Virus record (IMG/VR): IMGVR_UViG_3300041809_002848
Coordinates: 1 to 61,563 of that record
Source: a virus
Taxonomy: Duplodnaviria; Caudoviricetes
Strand: one strand, 5' to 3'
DNA length: 61,563 nucleotides
Positions 27,962 to 36,487 of this stretch are shown here, piece by piece. The position numbers were made by a program, and so were the translations under genes. Under the pieces are notes generated by a model that worked only from the letters and a program-made list of their open reading frames with translations, had not been told where the DNA came from and ran no database searches. The stretch's first letter is position 1. Each line of letters opens with the position of its first letter.

Positions 27962-28815
27962 GCTGGCTCGAGTCTCACCAGTCCCTGCGCGACCACCCGA
28001 AGAAGGACCGCCTGGCCGAGCTCCTGTTCGAGGGCATGGTGCCCGACGACGTCGCCGACCTCGCGGCCATCGGTCTCCTTCACCGTCTCTGGTGGTGGGC
28101 GATCGACTACGCACCTAAGGGCGACCTCGCATCCTTCACCGACCGCCAGCTCGCCAAGGGCTGTGGGTGGACCGGAGACGCCGGCGCGCTGCGTCCCGCT
28201 CTCATCGAGGCCGGCCTCGTCGATCGTGAGACCGGCGAGCTTCACGACTGGCGCGAGTACACGGGTCGTCTCATCGAGAAGCGCGAGACTGACGCGGAAC
28301 GAAAGCGTCACACCCGTGCCGCGTCCGCTGGACGTCCCGCGGACGCTCCGCAGGACGGCGCAGGTACCTACCTACCTACCAAACCAACCAACCATACCGA
28401 CCTACCAGGGTCGGACCTTCCACAGGGTGAGGATGAGCGTTGCCCGGTTGAGTCGCTCCGGCTCGACGAGCTCGGCTTCTCCGTCGAGCAGTTCATCGAC
28501 GAGCACGGCGTGAAGGCGCTCCGCGCGCTCGACGCGCTCGGGAAGCGCACATGCGCCGAGTGTCGGCGCCTTGCCGAGCCGGCGCCGTGTCGGGTGATCT
28601 CGGCAACCTGCCGCGAGGCGTTCGTCGGTCGATTCCGGCAGGCGATCGCCGCCGCGCCCAAATCCTTGCCGGCGTACCTGGCAGCGATTGACGGCGCGCT
28701 ACCAGAGCGTCTCATCGAGGAGCTCGCCGACGCCAAGCGCCGGGCGCAGCGGTCTGGCGCCGGCCCATCTGGCGAGCCCGAGCGGCTCGCGGTCTCCACG
28801 GGGAGGTCATCGTGA
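27958..28815 (+). CDS. Phage replication initiator
   Basis: WLESHQSLRDHPK...LHRLWWWA...LHDW.EY N-terminal wHTH; internal repeats. Confidence 0.75.
   Translation: MSWLESHQSLRDHPKKDRLAELLFEGMVPDDVADLAAIGLLHRLWWWAIDYAPKGDLASFTDRQLAKGCGWTGDAGALRPALIEAGLVDRETGELHDWREYTGRLIEKRETDAERKRHTRAASAGRPADAPQDGAGTYLPTKPTNHTDLPGSDLPQGEDERCPVESLRLDELGFSVEQFIDEHGVKALRALDALGKRTCAECRRLAEPAPCRVISATCREAFVGRFRQAIAAAPKSLPAYLAAIDGALPERLIEELADAKRRAQRSGAGPSGEPERLAVSTGRSS
28324..28406 (+). repeat. Putative replication origin: three CCGC(N)GGACG iterons followed by CTAC/CAAC tetranucleotide repeats
   Basis: tccgctggacg tcccgcggacg ctccgcaggacg, then tacctacctacctaccaaaccaaccaacc, inside the initiator gene. Confidence 0.55.
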
Positions 28816-29237
28816 GTCCATCGCGCTGTCGCCGTCTCGAGCTCTCGCTGCCGCTGCCACCGAGCGTCAACCACTCGCACCGCAACATCCGGCTTCGCTC
28901 GAAGCGCACGGGCCGGCTCTACACCGCGCAGTCGCCGACCAAGGCATGCCGGTCCTGGCGCTCGACGGCGGGCCTGTACATCAACCGGGCTCGTGGCGAC
29001 GCGCGCTGGGAGACGATCGCACGGCCGGCGCGCGTCGTCGTCGAGCTCCGGTACTTTTGGCCGGACCTCCGGCGCCGCGACACCCACAACCGCATCAAGG
29101 AGGTCTGCGACGCGCTCCAGCGCTGCAGGGTTTTCGAGGACGACTGCCAGGTCGTCGTGCACGAGCTCGGCTTCGAGCTAGACCGCGTAAACGGCCACCT
29201 TGAAATCGCGGTCTTCGCCGAGGAGGCCGGGCCGTGA
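28812..29237 (+). CDS. rusA: RusA-family Holliday junction resolvase
   Basis: LPPSVN, PD.RRRD..N.IK...DAL......DD.QV. Confidence 0.88.
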   Translation: MSPSRCRRLELSLPLPPSVNHSHRNIRLRSKRTGRLYTAQSPTKACRSWRSTAGLYINRARGDARWETIARPARVVVELRYFWPDLRRRDTHNRIKEVCDALQRCRVFEDDCQVVVHELGFELDRVNGHLEIAVFAEEAGP

Positions 29238-29536
29238 CCGGCATCGACGGCGTGCTCGGCGCCTTCCTCGAGGCGACCGGCGGCGAGGATCCTGAGGCGC
29301 TGCGAACCATGCTCGAGGGCGTCGACTACGACCTACCGCGTTACGAGCTCCTGCCGCAGCATCCCGTCGACCGGCGCCGAGGGCTCGAGCTCCGCGCCGA
29401 GCGCGCGGCGCTCCGCCGGCGCCTGGCCGAAATCGCCGTGCCAGGAACCAGCGCCGGCGCTCGTCGTCTCGCGCGGTGCCGGCACTACCTCGAAGCGGCT
29501 GGCTACACCGTGCTGCCGCCTGGCAGTCGGCGCTGA
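29234..29536 (+). CDS. Hypothetical protein
   Basis: GTGA-coupled, GGAGG RBS. Confidence 0.55.
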   Translation: MTGIDGVLGAFLEATGGEDPEALRTMLEGVDYDLPRYELLPQHPVDRRRGLELRAERAALRRRLAEIAVPGTSAGARRLARCRHYLEAAGYTVLPPGSRR

Positions 29537-29541
29537 ACGCC

Positions 29542-29952
29542 ATGCTGTCGCAACCGGCCGTCTGCGCGCATTGCGGGGCCGCTCTCGCGCGAGACCACGT
29601 CGGTGCGGCGCTCTGCTCGCCTTGTGCCGCCGCTGCCAATGCGGGCGCCGTGGATATCGCCGTCCTTCCGGCAGACCGGCTGGCGCGCGTCGTCGCTGGC
29701 GTGCTCCTTCTCTACAGCGGGCTCCGCCCGGGACGGCGTGTGCCGGTGCGGCGGATCCTCGCGCAGTCGGGCGTCTCCGCCGAGGCATGGGAAATCCACC
29801 ATTCCGTCGAGACCCTGCGGGCTCGCGGCTTCGTCATCGACGCGGTCGAACGCCGGCGCGGCTACCGCTTCATAGACTTCGCGCTCGTGCCGCTCACCCG
29901 CGGCTTCTGCCGGCGCCGGCGCGCATCGTCTCACCAAATCCCTCTCGTCTAG
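29542..29952 (+). CDS. Zn-finger plus wHTH-like protein (possible activator)
   Basis: CAHC...LCSPC; VETLRARGFVIDA..RRGY. Confidence 0.55.
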   Translation: MLSQPAVCAHCGAALARDHVGAALCSPCAAAANAGAVDIAVLPADRLARVVAGVLLLYSGLRPGRRVPVRRILAQSGVSAEAWEIHHSVETLRARGFVIDAVERRRGYRFIDFALVPLTRGFCRRRRASSHQIPLV

Positions 29953-29996
29953 GAGGCTCTTGTGGCCAGCCTTCGCGGGCCTTCGGCGTCTCCAGG

Positions 29997-30016
29997 CTCT
30001 GCGAATTCTCTGCGAA
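29997..30016 (+). repeat. Tandem CTCTGCGAA repeats (possible integrase arm-type sites)
   Basis: Copies at 29997-30005 and 30008-30016, about 100 bp from the att core. Confidence 0.4.
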
Positions 30017-30115
30017 ACCCACACCAATCTTCACGCCTACGCTCGCCGGCGCCGCTCCAGGCCGACACCAAAATACTGGGATTTTGCAGGGCTTTGACCA
30101 GGTTGGTGCAGGAAG

Positions 30116-30163
30116 GACTACCGATTATGAGTCGGCAGCTCTAACCAACTGAGCTATAGGCCC
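30116..30163 (-). tRNA. 5' half of tRNA(CAT) (Ile2- or Met-type), att junction; not a complete tRNA
   Basis: GGGCCTA-TA-GCTC-AGTTGGTTA-GAGC-T-GCCGA-CTCATAA-TCGGT-AG; no T arm or 3' acceptor strand. Confidence 0.85.
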
Positions 30164-30169
30164 ACATGC

Positions 30170-31408
30170 CTATTTGCGGGACTTTTGTCTCCGCTTCTCG
30201 TCGAGAGAGATCACCGAAGTGCTAACGACGTGCGAATCTCCCGCCACTTTCGCCAGGGCGACGTCAATCAGACGCTCTTGCTCGTCCGTTGCGGCCCTGC
30301 TGGCGCGCTCAGTGACGTGCAGGTAGATGTCGGCTGTGGTCGACGACTGCGCATGACCAAGGCGCTCCTGGACGACCTTCAGCATACGCTCCTTGTCCGA
30401 GCCGCCCTGTTCGAAGAGCGCGGTGGCGTAGGAGTGGCGCAGGTCGTGAAGGCGCACGATCGGCAGGCCGTGCCGACGGCAGAAGCGCCGCCAGGACGAC
30501 GAGAGATCGTTGGGGCGCATCGGCTCGCCGCTTGCGCGACAGCAGACGTGCAAATCGGGGTTCCAGGCGCCGCGGTGGGCGAGGTGCATCTCGTCGATGG
30601 CCGCCTTCTCTTCGCGCAGGATCTCGACTAGCTGGCGCGGCACCGGGATGTCGCGCACGCCAGCGGCACTCTTGGGCGCGACGACGTGCAGGCCCTCTCT
30701 CGTCTGCTCGAGCGAGCGAGCGATATGGATCACGCCCGCTTTGAGGTCGCAGTCGCCCCACTGTAGGCCGCAGATCTCGCCGGCGCGTAGACCTGCCCAG
30801 GCGCCGAGCGCCAGTGGCACGAAGACCTGCAGACCATCGGCTGCCTTTAGGCCGCGCGCGACGTCGTCCTGCGACCAGGTCACGACGTCGCGACGCGCCT
30901 GGCGTGGCGGGTCCTGCACGCGCTCCGCCGGGTTGCGGTCGACCAGGTCTTCTCTGAGCGCCCAAGAGAAGGCAGCGCGCACCGTGGCGTGGATGTGGCG
31001 CCTGCTGGTCTCTGAGAGGCCGGCATCGCGCTTGGCCGCGTAGAGCGCCGTGAGGTGCGAGGGGCGCAGGTCGCGCGCCAAGATATTGCCGAGCTCTGGG
31101 TCGATGTGGTGGCGCACGTTGTCGGCGTAGAACTGGCGCGTCTTGGGCCGAACGTCGATCGTCGCGAGCCAGCGTCGGCAGAGTTCGGCGACCGTGAGGC
31201 GCCGCGGATCGGTGCATGAGTGCTGTTCGATCTCTGAGAGCCAATCGGCGAGCGCCTTGTCGGCGGCGCGTACGCCTTTGGCCTGAACGACCTTTGTAGC
31301 GCGCGGATAGCGCCGGCGCCCATCTGTGACGGTCGCCGGCAGGTTCGCGACGAGGCGCCATGTGCCGCGTCCGAGGTCCTCGTGGTGGCCGGTGACCCTT
31401 CTCTCCAT
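30170..31408 (-). CDS. int: Tyrosine integrase
   Basis: GLRAGEICGL, RLHDLRHSYAT, LGHAQSSTTADIY; likely leaderless ATG at 31408, 7 nt after TAGGAT. Confidence 0.95.
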   Translation of the reverse strand: MERRVTGHHEDLGRGTWRLVANLPATVTDGRRRYPRATKVVQAKGVRAADKALADWLSEIEQHSCTDPRRLTVAELCRRWLATIDVRPKTRQFYADNVRHHIDPELGNILARDLRPSHLTALYAAKRDAGLSETSRRHIHATVRAAFSWALREDLVDRNPAERVQDPPRQARRDVVTWSQDDVARGLKAADGLQVFVPLALGAWAGLRAGEICGLQWGDCDLKAGVIHIARSLEQTREGLHVVAPKSAAGVRDIPVPRQLVEILREEKAAIDEMHLAHRGAWNPDLHVCCRASGEPMRPNDLSSSWRRFCRRHGLPIVRLHDLRHSYATALFEQGGSDKERMLKVVQERLGHAQSSTTADIYLHVTERASRAATDEQERLIDVALAKVAGDSHVVSTSVISLDEKRRQKSRK

Positions 31409-31548
31409 GGCAGGCATCCTACCGCGAGGGGCTCGGCAAAGCGACGCCGACACGGGTTCGCTAGTCTCCATATCTGCCGACCATGAGCCGGAGCGAGCGC
31501 CCGCACCATCAACGGGCGAGCGTCGCACCGCGGTGGCGGGCGGTGGCC

Positions 31549-31833
31549 CTAAGTGCGGATTATGCCCCGGGCTACCAAACGAGCTACGTACTCGTCGCCG
31601 CTTAGGGTGCACTCGACCAGTTGAACGAATTCTTTCTTGGCAATCTTTGCCTGCTTCGCCATGAGCCCGATGAGTGTGTCTCCACACTCGGCGCCGCCGT
31701 GGCTGATCTTGGTCCAGACCTGCGTCTTCTTACCGTCGACGTACAGGGAGTAGTAGTGGTGATCCTTCTCCGATCGCACGAACCCTTTGGATTGCAGCGC
31801 GCCGTCTATCTGCCTGGTCTTGATGACGGTCAA
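31549..31833 (-). CDS. HicA-like toxin
   Basis: L.SKGF....DHHYY...TKISHG...IGLMAKQ pattern. Confidence 0.65.
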   Translation of the reverse strand: MTVIKTRQIDGALQSKGFVRSEKDHHYYSLYVDGKKTQVWTKISHGGAECGDTLIGLMAKQAKIAKKEFVQLVECTLSGDEYVARLVARGIIRT

Positions 31834-32309
31834 TCGCAGGTTCCTGCCACGACCTCACGCATGCGACTCTTCAATTCGAGGCCGTCGCGACTTAGGTTCG
31901 AATCGGCCTCGTTAGCAAAGTCGTCCCATAGGAAGAAGAAGTCACGGGCGAATTCGCTGAGGACTGAACTACGATCCTCGACACAGCCCACGATGTCCAG
32001 ATCCGAACACTGGTACGTCCAGCAATCTTGATCGGGCAACACGTCAAGAAACAAAAGTTTGCCAAGGCTCAAACACCGGTCTTCCAGGCGAACCTGATGC
32101 AGCGTCAGCCGTTGCATGAAAGGAAAGGCCCCCGTACTCGTTTGGCGTTTTGGAAACAAACCCACTGTCACGTTCATCGATGAACTGCCGTATCGTTTCA
32201 TCGGCTGAGCGCCACCTACGCTTGAGGCTTGTGCTGAGACATCCAACGCGCAGGAACCGGAACTCGTTATGCACGCACTCTCACCGGCTCGAAGAGCCGC
32301 AGCAATCAT
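31830..32309 (-). CDS. Putative antitoxin with HicB-like C-terminal domain
   Basis: Coupled to the toxin; DLDIVG......EF...FLWDDFA.E.D..LS. Confidence 0.5.
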   Translation of the reverse strand: MIAAALRAGESACITSSGSCALDVSAQASSVGGAQPMKRYGSSSMNVTVGLFPKRQTSTGAFPFMQRLTLHQVRLEDRCLSLGKLLFLDVLPDQDCWTYQCSDLDIVGCVEDRSSVLSEFARDFFFLWDDFANEADSNLSRDGLELKSRMREVVAGTCD

Positions 32310-32635
32310 GGCGTCTCACCGCCCGCTGCTATGGAGTCGCGCCTGGCGGTTAGCGCGACAATCAGAGGGTCGAGAAGATCGGGCGAAATCGAGATACAGG
32401 CCACCGGTGAGGCAGTTATCCTCGGCTTTGGCTTCTTGGCGAGCGCCCGCGCCTCGTTCTCGGCGAATGGGACTCGTGCTTGGCCGAAGAAGAGTGTGAC
32501 TTCCCACGCCGTATTGCTCACTGAAACATAGTTTGCGTAGAGGGACATCGGCATGTCCGCGACCGCCGGCGGCGTCACTTCGATTTGTTTTGGCGCCTCA
32601 AGAGGTTCAGGCGGCTTGGGTTGTGAGTCTGCCAT
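32306..32635 (-). CDS. DUF3467-like protein
   Basis: YANYVSV.....EVTLFFGQ...ISISP..L..LI.AL; GGAGAGG RBS. Confidence 0.65.
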   Translation of the reverse strand: MADSQPKPPEPLEAPKQIEVTPPAVADMPMSLYANYVSVSNTAWEVTLFFGQARVPFAENEARALAKKPKPRITASPVACISISPDLLDPLIVALTARRDSIAAGGETP

Positions 32636-32839
32636 GTACCTCTCCAATGGTCGGCCTAGACACCGGGCTCGTTCTTCCCATTACGCGTCCGAGCGCCACG
32701 CGTTGTGCGACGCGTCGAGCTTAGCAGAGTCATCGAGTGGTGTCGCCGATACGCGCTAAGGCGGTAAGGGGGACAGAAAGCGGGGCGGCAAACGCCCGAC
32801 CCGGCCGCCCGGGGCGCGCGATCAAGCTCGAGGGCTCGC

Positions 32840-33637
32840 TCAAGTCGCGTACGCGACGCTGACGCCGTGTTGCGCAAGGCCGTCTGCAAACTCAAGGGGG
32901 AGCGCCGAGACGACGAGTGTCTCCACACTTGTCCAGTCGACGACACGGACGCGAGCGGCGAACCCGATCTTCGCGGGCGAGGCCAGCACGACCGTTCGAG
33001 AGGAGCTCTCGCTCATCGCCCGGGCCGATGCCGCATCATCAAGGGAGAAATCTCGGACCCCTCCTTCGATTGTGACGCCGTCGGCGCCGATGAAGGCCAC
33101 GTCGGCGTGCAGAGAACGGATGGTGTCCACTGACAAGGAGCCGGTCGTGCCAAACGAGGTCGCCCTCAGCTGACCGCCCACGACGATCACCTCGATTCCG
33201 GCACTGCCGGCCAGCAGCTGGGCGATGTTGAGCGCCCCGGTAATGACGGTGAGATGCCGGTGCACCAGGCATTGGGCCAGCGCGTACGAAGTGGTGCCGT
33301 CTGTGAGGAAGAGTGCCATGCCGTCGCCTATGAGCCCGGCCGCGCACTGGGCGATGAGGCGCTTCTCGCGACGGTCGCGGCTCTGGCGGATCTCGAATTC
33401 TTCCTCGAGGGTCGAATGGCGCTGGACGGCACGCGCCCCGCCGCGCGTGCGCGCCAGCAACCCAAGGCGCTCCAGGAGCACGAGATCGCGCCGCGCCGTG
33501 GCCTCGCTTGCGCCCGTCACCTCCCGCACCTCGCCCAGCGACGCCACGGCCTGGCGTCGCAACAGCTCCTCTATGCGCCGCCGCCGCTCCTCAGCAACGA
33601 GGCGTTGGCCGGCCGGCATCTCGGCGCTGTCGCTCAT
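32840..33637 (-). CDS. DeoR/GlpR-family transcriptional regulator
   Basis: SEATARRDL..LE, RTRGGA, EK..IA..A, DGTT. Confidence 0.92.
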   Translation of the reverse strand: MSDSAEMPAGQRLVAEERRRRIEELLRRQAVASLGEVREVTGASEATARRDLVLLERLGLLARTRGGARAVQRHSTLEEEFEIRQSRDRREKRLIAQCAAGLIGDGMALFLTDGTTSYALAQCLVHRHLTVITGALNIAQLLAGSAGIEVIVVGGQLRATSFGTTGSLSVDTIRSLHADVAFIGADGVTIEGGVRDFSLDDAASARAMSESSSRTVVLASPAKIGFAARVRVVDWTSVETLVVSALPLEFADGLAQHGVSVAYAT

Positions 33638-33669
33638 GATCTCTCCTCATTTGTGACGGGTGGGCTGAC

Positions 33670-33701
33670 TGAACGTTCATAATCGGTCAATGATATCATT
33701 G
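33670..33701. promoter_or_regulatory. Divergent promoter region with palindromes (likely DeoR operators)
   Basis: TGAACGTTCA (33670-33679) and CAATGATATCATTG (33688-33701). Confidence 0.5.
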
Positions 33702-33767
33702 TCATGAGTGAAAAAGACGACGATACTTCAGGTGCCAACGACCACCACGAACTGCAAGGGGTACCTG

Positions 33768-34220
33768 ATGCCAAATGCCGCCGACTCCCGGAAATCGACT
33801 GGTAGCTGTCTTTGTGGCGGCGTGCAGTATGAGGTCCGCGGCCCGCTGCGCGACATCCTGTTCTGTCACTGCGAGAACTGTCGTCGCACACACGGCAACT
33901 TCTCCGCCTACGCCTCCAGTCACCGCGAGGACCTCGTCGTAACCAAGGACGCCACTCTGCGCTGGTACCACACCGACAAGGACGTGACGCCAGACGTGCA
34001 GCGCGGCTTCTGTTCGCAGTGCGGCTCCAGCCTGTTCTGGGATCCGCAGGGGTACGAGTACGTCTACATCTCGGCCGGCACCCTCGATCCGCCGACGGGC
34101 GTCAAGGGCGCCGGCCACATCTGGCTCAGTGAGGCTGGCGACTACTACGCGATCTGCGACGACCTGCCCAAGGCACAAGGGTCGTCGAAGGGCCGCTTCC
34201 TAGGCACGCCACACGACTGA
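33768..34220 (+). CDS. GFA-family (glutathione-dependent formaldehyde-activating-like) Zn protein
   Basis: GSCLCGGV, CHCENCRR, RGFCSQCGS. Confidence 0.9.
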   Translation: MPNAADSRKSTGSCLCGGVQYEVRGPLRDILFCHCENCRRTHGNFSAYASSHREDLVVTKDATLRWYHTDKDVTPDVQRGFCSQCGSSLFWDPQGYEYVYISAGTLDPPTGVKGAGHIWLSEAGDYYAICDDLPKAQGSSKGRFLGTPHD

Positions 34221-34242
34221 GCTGCCGACGCGGCTCGCGCAG

Positions 34243-35325
34243 ATGTCGGCACCTCATCCACAGGCGAGCCTTGAGCTCGACAGTGCACAGCTAGAGCGAC
34301 GGCTTTCGTTTGCTCGGCGCGGACTCCTCTGGGGAGTCTTGTCTGGCATCACCTGGGGCATTGTGGGCGTCCTGCTGGGGCTCGCTTTGTCGATGCCTCC
34401 GTTCTCTGATTCGCACCCCGGCTCGGTGCCACTTTGGGGTCTGCTTGCCGCTCCCCTTGTTGGCGCGTGTCTGCACGACACCTTCGCAGCACTGTGGCTT
34501 GTCACCTACAACGTCTCGAGCGGTCGCGGCAAGGAGTATGTGCGGACGCTGCGGACCACGCCCGGGGCCATGATCTGTCTAGGGGGTGTATTCGGCGGAC
34601 CCGTCTTCATGTCCGGCTACCTCATCGCCATCCGGCTCTCGGGAGCCTTCTATGCGCTCGCCATCACCGCGACCTACCCGATCATCGGTGCCCTGCTCGC
34701 GGCTCTCATCCTCAAGGAGAAGACCTCTGCGCGCCTGTGGTTCGGCATCGTGCTGTGCATGGTCGGCGCTGTGCTGGTCGGCTACCTGCCACCTCAGGGT
34801 GGCACCGGCACCTACTTCTACATCGGCATCGCAGCTGCCGTCGTTGCGGCAATCGGAGTCGCCCTTGAAGGCATCTTCTCCACCTGGGGCATGGATCTCG
34901 TCGACGCCAACATAGCCCTTGGCATCCGAGAGCTCACGTCGTCGGTCATCTACCTGGCGATCATCCTGCCCCTGCTTTCGGCCAGCGGCATTCTCGTCGC
35001 TGCGGCCAGTCACAAGAGCTTCCTCATCTTGGCCGTCGCTGGCGTGATCGGTGGCTACTCCTTTCAGATCTGGTACCGGGGTTTCAACATGGCGGGAGTG
35101 AGCCGGACTATGGCGCTCAATATCACCTACGCACTATGGGGCCTGCTGTTCGGCTGGGCGTTTACGGCGGCTTCGGTGACCACGAGCTTGTTGTTGGGCG
35201 CGCTGCTGATCACCGCGGGTGCCGTGATCACGGTGCTGAACCCGAAGGAGTTCCTCGTGCTAAGGAGGGTCGACCGCCATGAAGTTGCCGCTCAAGTTTC
35301 GGATCCTGCAGGTGATCGCCTCTGA
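34243..35325 (+). CDS. DMT/EamA-family transporter (LicB-like)
   Basis: About 10 TM helices in two EamA repeats; GGPVFMSGY, LNITYALWG. Confidence 0.85.
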   Translation: MSAPHPQASLELDSAQLERRLSFARRGLLWGVLSGITWGIVGVLLGLALSMPPFSDSHPGSVPLWGLLAAPLVGACLHDTFAALWLVTYNVSSGRGKEYVRTLRTTPGAMICLGGVFGGPVFMSGYLIAIRLSGAFYALAITATYPIIGALLAALILKEKTSARLWFGIVLCMVGAVLVGYLPPQGGTGTYFYIGIAAAVVAAIGVALEGIFSTWGMDLVDANIALGIRELTSSVIYLAIILPLLSASGILVAAASHKSFLILAVAGVIGGYSFQIWYRGFNMAGVSRTMALNITYALWGLLFGWAFTAASVTTSLLLGALLITAGAVITVLNPKEFLVLRRVDRHEVAAQVSDPAGDRL

Positions 35326-35557
35326 GCCAGGTGTCTCCAATTGCGAGATGGCGACACGTATCGCCGCGGAGTATCCGGGGGAGCGACAGGCGCGCAGGTC
35401 GGTGGTCGCAGATCATCTCACCGCCTTCGAGACGATGGGCATGATCAACTCACGGCCGCTGGCTCTGGCGGAGGACGGCTCGCTTGTCGAAGGACTGACC
35501 CTGACAGCCTATGGGCTGGACCGGTTAAGGTTCCTTCCGAGGAGGGCTCGGGCATGA
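35279..35557 (+). CDS. Small wHTH DNA-binding protein
   Basis: LPLKFRIL...EY.GERQ...HL......G.I...LT.YG; overlaps the transporter end. Confidence 0.65.
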   Translation: MKLPLKFRILQVIASEPGVSNCEMATRIAAEYPGERQARRSVVADHLTAFETMGMINSRPLALAEDGSLVEGLTLTAYGLDRLRFLPRRARA

Positions 35558-35654
35558 GCTTCGTTCCTCGCCTGATCGCCAGGCCGCAGCGCCGGGTCTT
35601 CGGCGAAGAGCACTCCATGCCACCCCGCCGCGCAACATCCAGCATGTCTCGACC

Positions 35655-35775
35655 GGGTAGGGGTTCAATCAGCGGCAGGCGCCATGCCCGACCCTGCCCG
35701 CCCTGGGTCTCCGTGAAATCCCGAAATTGGAGTTTTTGGGGTCTACGGGTTCAGGCGAACTGTGTGACAGGTTTC
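35655..35775 (+). repeat. cos-like packaging region of prophage B
   Basis: Degenerate direct repeat of 490-611. Confidence 0.6.
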
Positions 35776-35829
35776 CCGCCAGGCAGCGGGCTGCCCTTCA
35801 GCTCACGAGTATCGGCTGGGTGCGCCGAT

Positions 35830-35845
35830 GATGCGCTTGTTGGGC
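35830..35845 (-). other. Truncated attC (R'' and L'' only)
   Basis: GCCCAAC-AAGCGCATC downstream of 35887-36381; the 12 nt from AAC are identical to the full attC. Confidence 0.6.
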
Positions 35846-35886
35846 GGTCCTCCCTCGTGCCGCTTGCCCGGTGTCACCGCGTGACC

Positions 35887-36381
35887 TCAGTGCGGGTGCG
35901 GCCGGACCACACCGTCGGCGTCCGGCAGATTGAGTGTCACAGCATCGACACCATCGTTGTCCCGAGCCGGGAAGAGCCCGAAGAAGGCGCGCGCACCCGC
36001 AGTGAGATGTGCCGCGTCGTCCGCCACCTCGCCGGGTGTGCTGGGATAGTCAACGTCGATGTCGATGCCATCCGGTGCAAGCACGCCGAAGACGATGTCG
36101 ATGTCCTTCGCAGTCAGGCGCTGGATCTCGGCAAGGAGTTCGGGCGAGAGGACGCCGTCGCGGATGCGGCCGTCGAAATAGAAGCTCACGCTGCTACCGG
36201 GCCATAGACGACCGGCAACCTCGTCAAGAGCGCAGGCGTCGGCGCACAGGTACCAGCAAGTGCGGCCGGCCCCACGGGCAATGCGTTCGAGAACGACTGC
36301 CGGTCGGCTCGCAAGCAGCTGGCGCACCGGCGTCCGGGCGAGCACCTGGAGTGCCACCTCTCTGTATGGCTGTGGGGCCAC
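35887..36381 (-). CDS. Hypothetical protein (gene cassette)
   Basis: 164-aa ORF between two attC-like sites. Confidence 0.6.
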   Translation of the reverse strand: MAPQPYREVALQVLARTPVRQLLASRPAVVLERIARGAGRTCWYLCADACALDEVAGRLWPGSSVSFYFDGRIRDGVLSPELLAEIQRLTAKDIDIVFGVLAPDGIDIDVDYPSTPGEVADDAAHLTAGARAFFGLFPARDNDGVDAVTLNLPDADGVVRPHPH

Positions 36382-36391
36382 CGGCTGTTCC

Positions 36392-36481
36392 TATCAACGG
36401 TTGGCGCATGAGCTGTTGGCCTGCTGTGCATAGACTCCCATCACAGCCTCCGGGCCAATCTGCACGATGCGCTTGTTACCC
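36392..36481 (-). other. Integron attC recombination site (90 bp)
   Basis: GGGTAAC-AAGCGCAT[C]GTGCAG[A]TTGGCC...GGCCAA-CAGCTC-ATGCGC-CAACC-GTTGATA; imperfect palindrome with extrahelical G and T on the bottom strand. Confidence 0.75.
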
Positions 36482-36487
36482 GCGAGG

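Larger units (their letters stand above)
1..30116 (+). mobile_element. Prophage A (HK97-like siphovirus; left end and its integrase lie outside the window)
   Basis: Complete packaging-head-tail-lysis-replication gene set on the + strand, ending at the tRNA half-site at 30116-30163. Confidence 0.85.

Noticed and set aside
3246-29952. Gene transfer agent or tailocin
   Set aside because: Replication, recombination, att/integrase and cos-like features point to genuine temperate phages
30170-31408. Integrase as the integron integrase IntI
   Set aside because: It has a phage-type architecture with an N-terminal arm-binding region beside a tRNA att; no IntI-specific insertion was recognised
31409-31687. 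505-aa integrase start
   Set aside because: Overlaps the HicA-like gene; a TAGGAT -10 box 7 nt before ATG 31408 fits better
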